The translations under genes and the position numbers were made by a program. A DNA stretch of 64,000 nucleotides, taken from Calcarisporiella thermophila CBS 279.70 (Eukaryota > Fungi > Calcarisporiellomycota). The stretch covers positions 65,153-129,152 of the forward strand of contig NW_027192212.1 of assembly GCF_041956535.1 (NCBI RefSeq), read 5' to 3'. Below are positions 63,965 to 64,000 of the stretch, one piece after another. Under the pieces are notes generated by a model. That model ran no database searches. It had not been told where the DNA came from and saw only the letters and a program-made list of their open reading frames with translations. Positions within the stretch are counted from its first letter, which is position 1; every line of letters starts with the position of its first letter.

Positions 63965-64000
63965 GAGAAAATTGCCAAAATAATGATGTTCGTAATCTGG

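Overview
Eukaryotic, intron-rich fungal genomic DNA. Short GT-AG introns and the gene content suggest an early-diverging fungus such as Zoopagomycota or Mucoromycota, but that assignment is inference. The window has two compartments. The first, ~1-35.5 kb, is AT-rich and gene-sparse. It holds decayed Gypsy and Copia LTR retrotransposons, solo LTRs and a ~580-bp fold-back Gypsy duplication. It also holds secreted enzymes (M36 fungalysin, tyrosinase, metallophosphoesterase), an M28 aminopeptidase pseudogene, four small secreted orphan proteins (three cysteine-rich, one Gln-rich), and three bacterial-looking genes (GH18, GlcG/DUF336 haem-binding protein, Firmicutes-like metallophosphoesterase). 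The second, ~36-63.3 kb, is a dense housekeeping block: importin-alpha-like, DHHC palmitoyltransferase, UBL3/MUB, PHO88, BLI-3-like, IDO, RAD51, TMA16, RPL23, TFB5, ESA1, ARH1, ENP1 and SENP8. This block contains a GC-rich island at ~44-51 kb. Two assembly gaps are present. Exon structures were reconstructed by eye from splice signals and reading frames; no database search was run.
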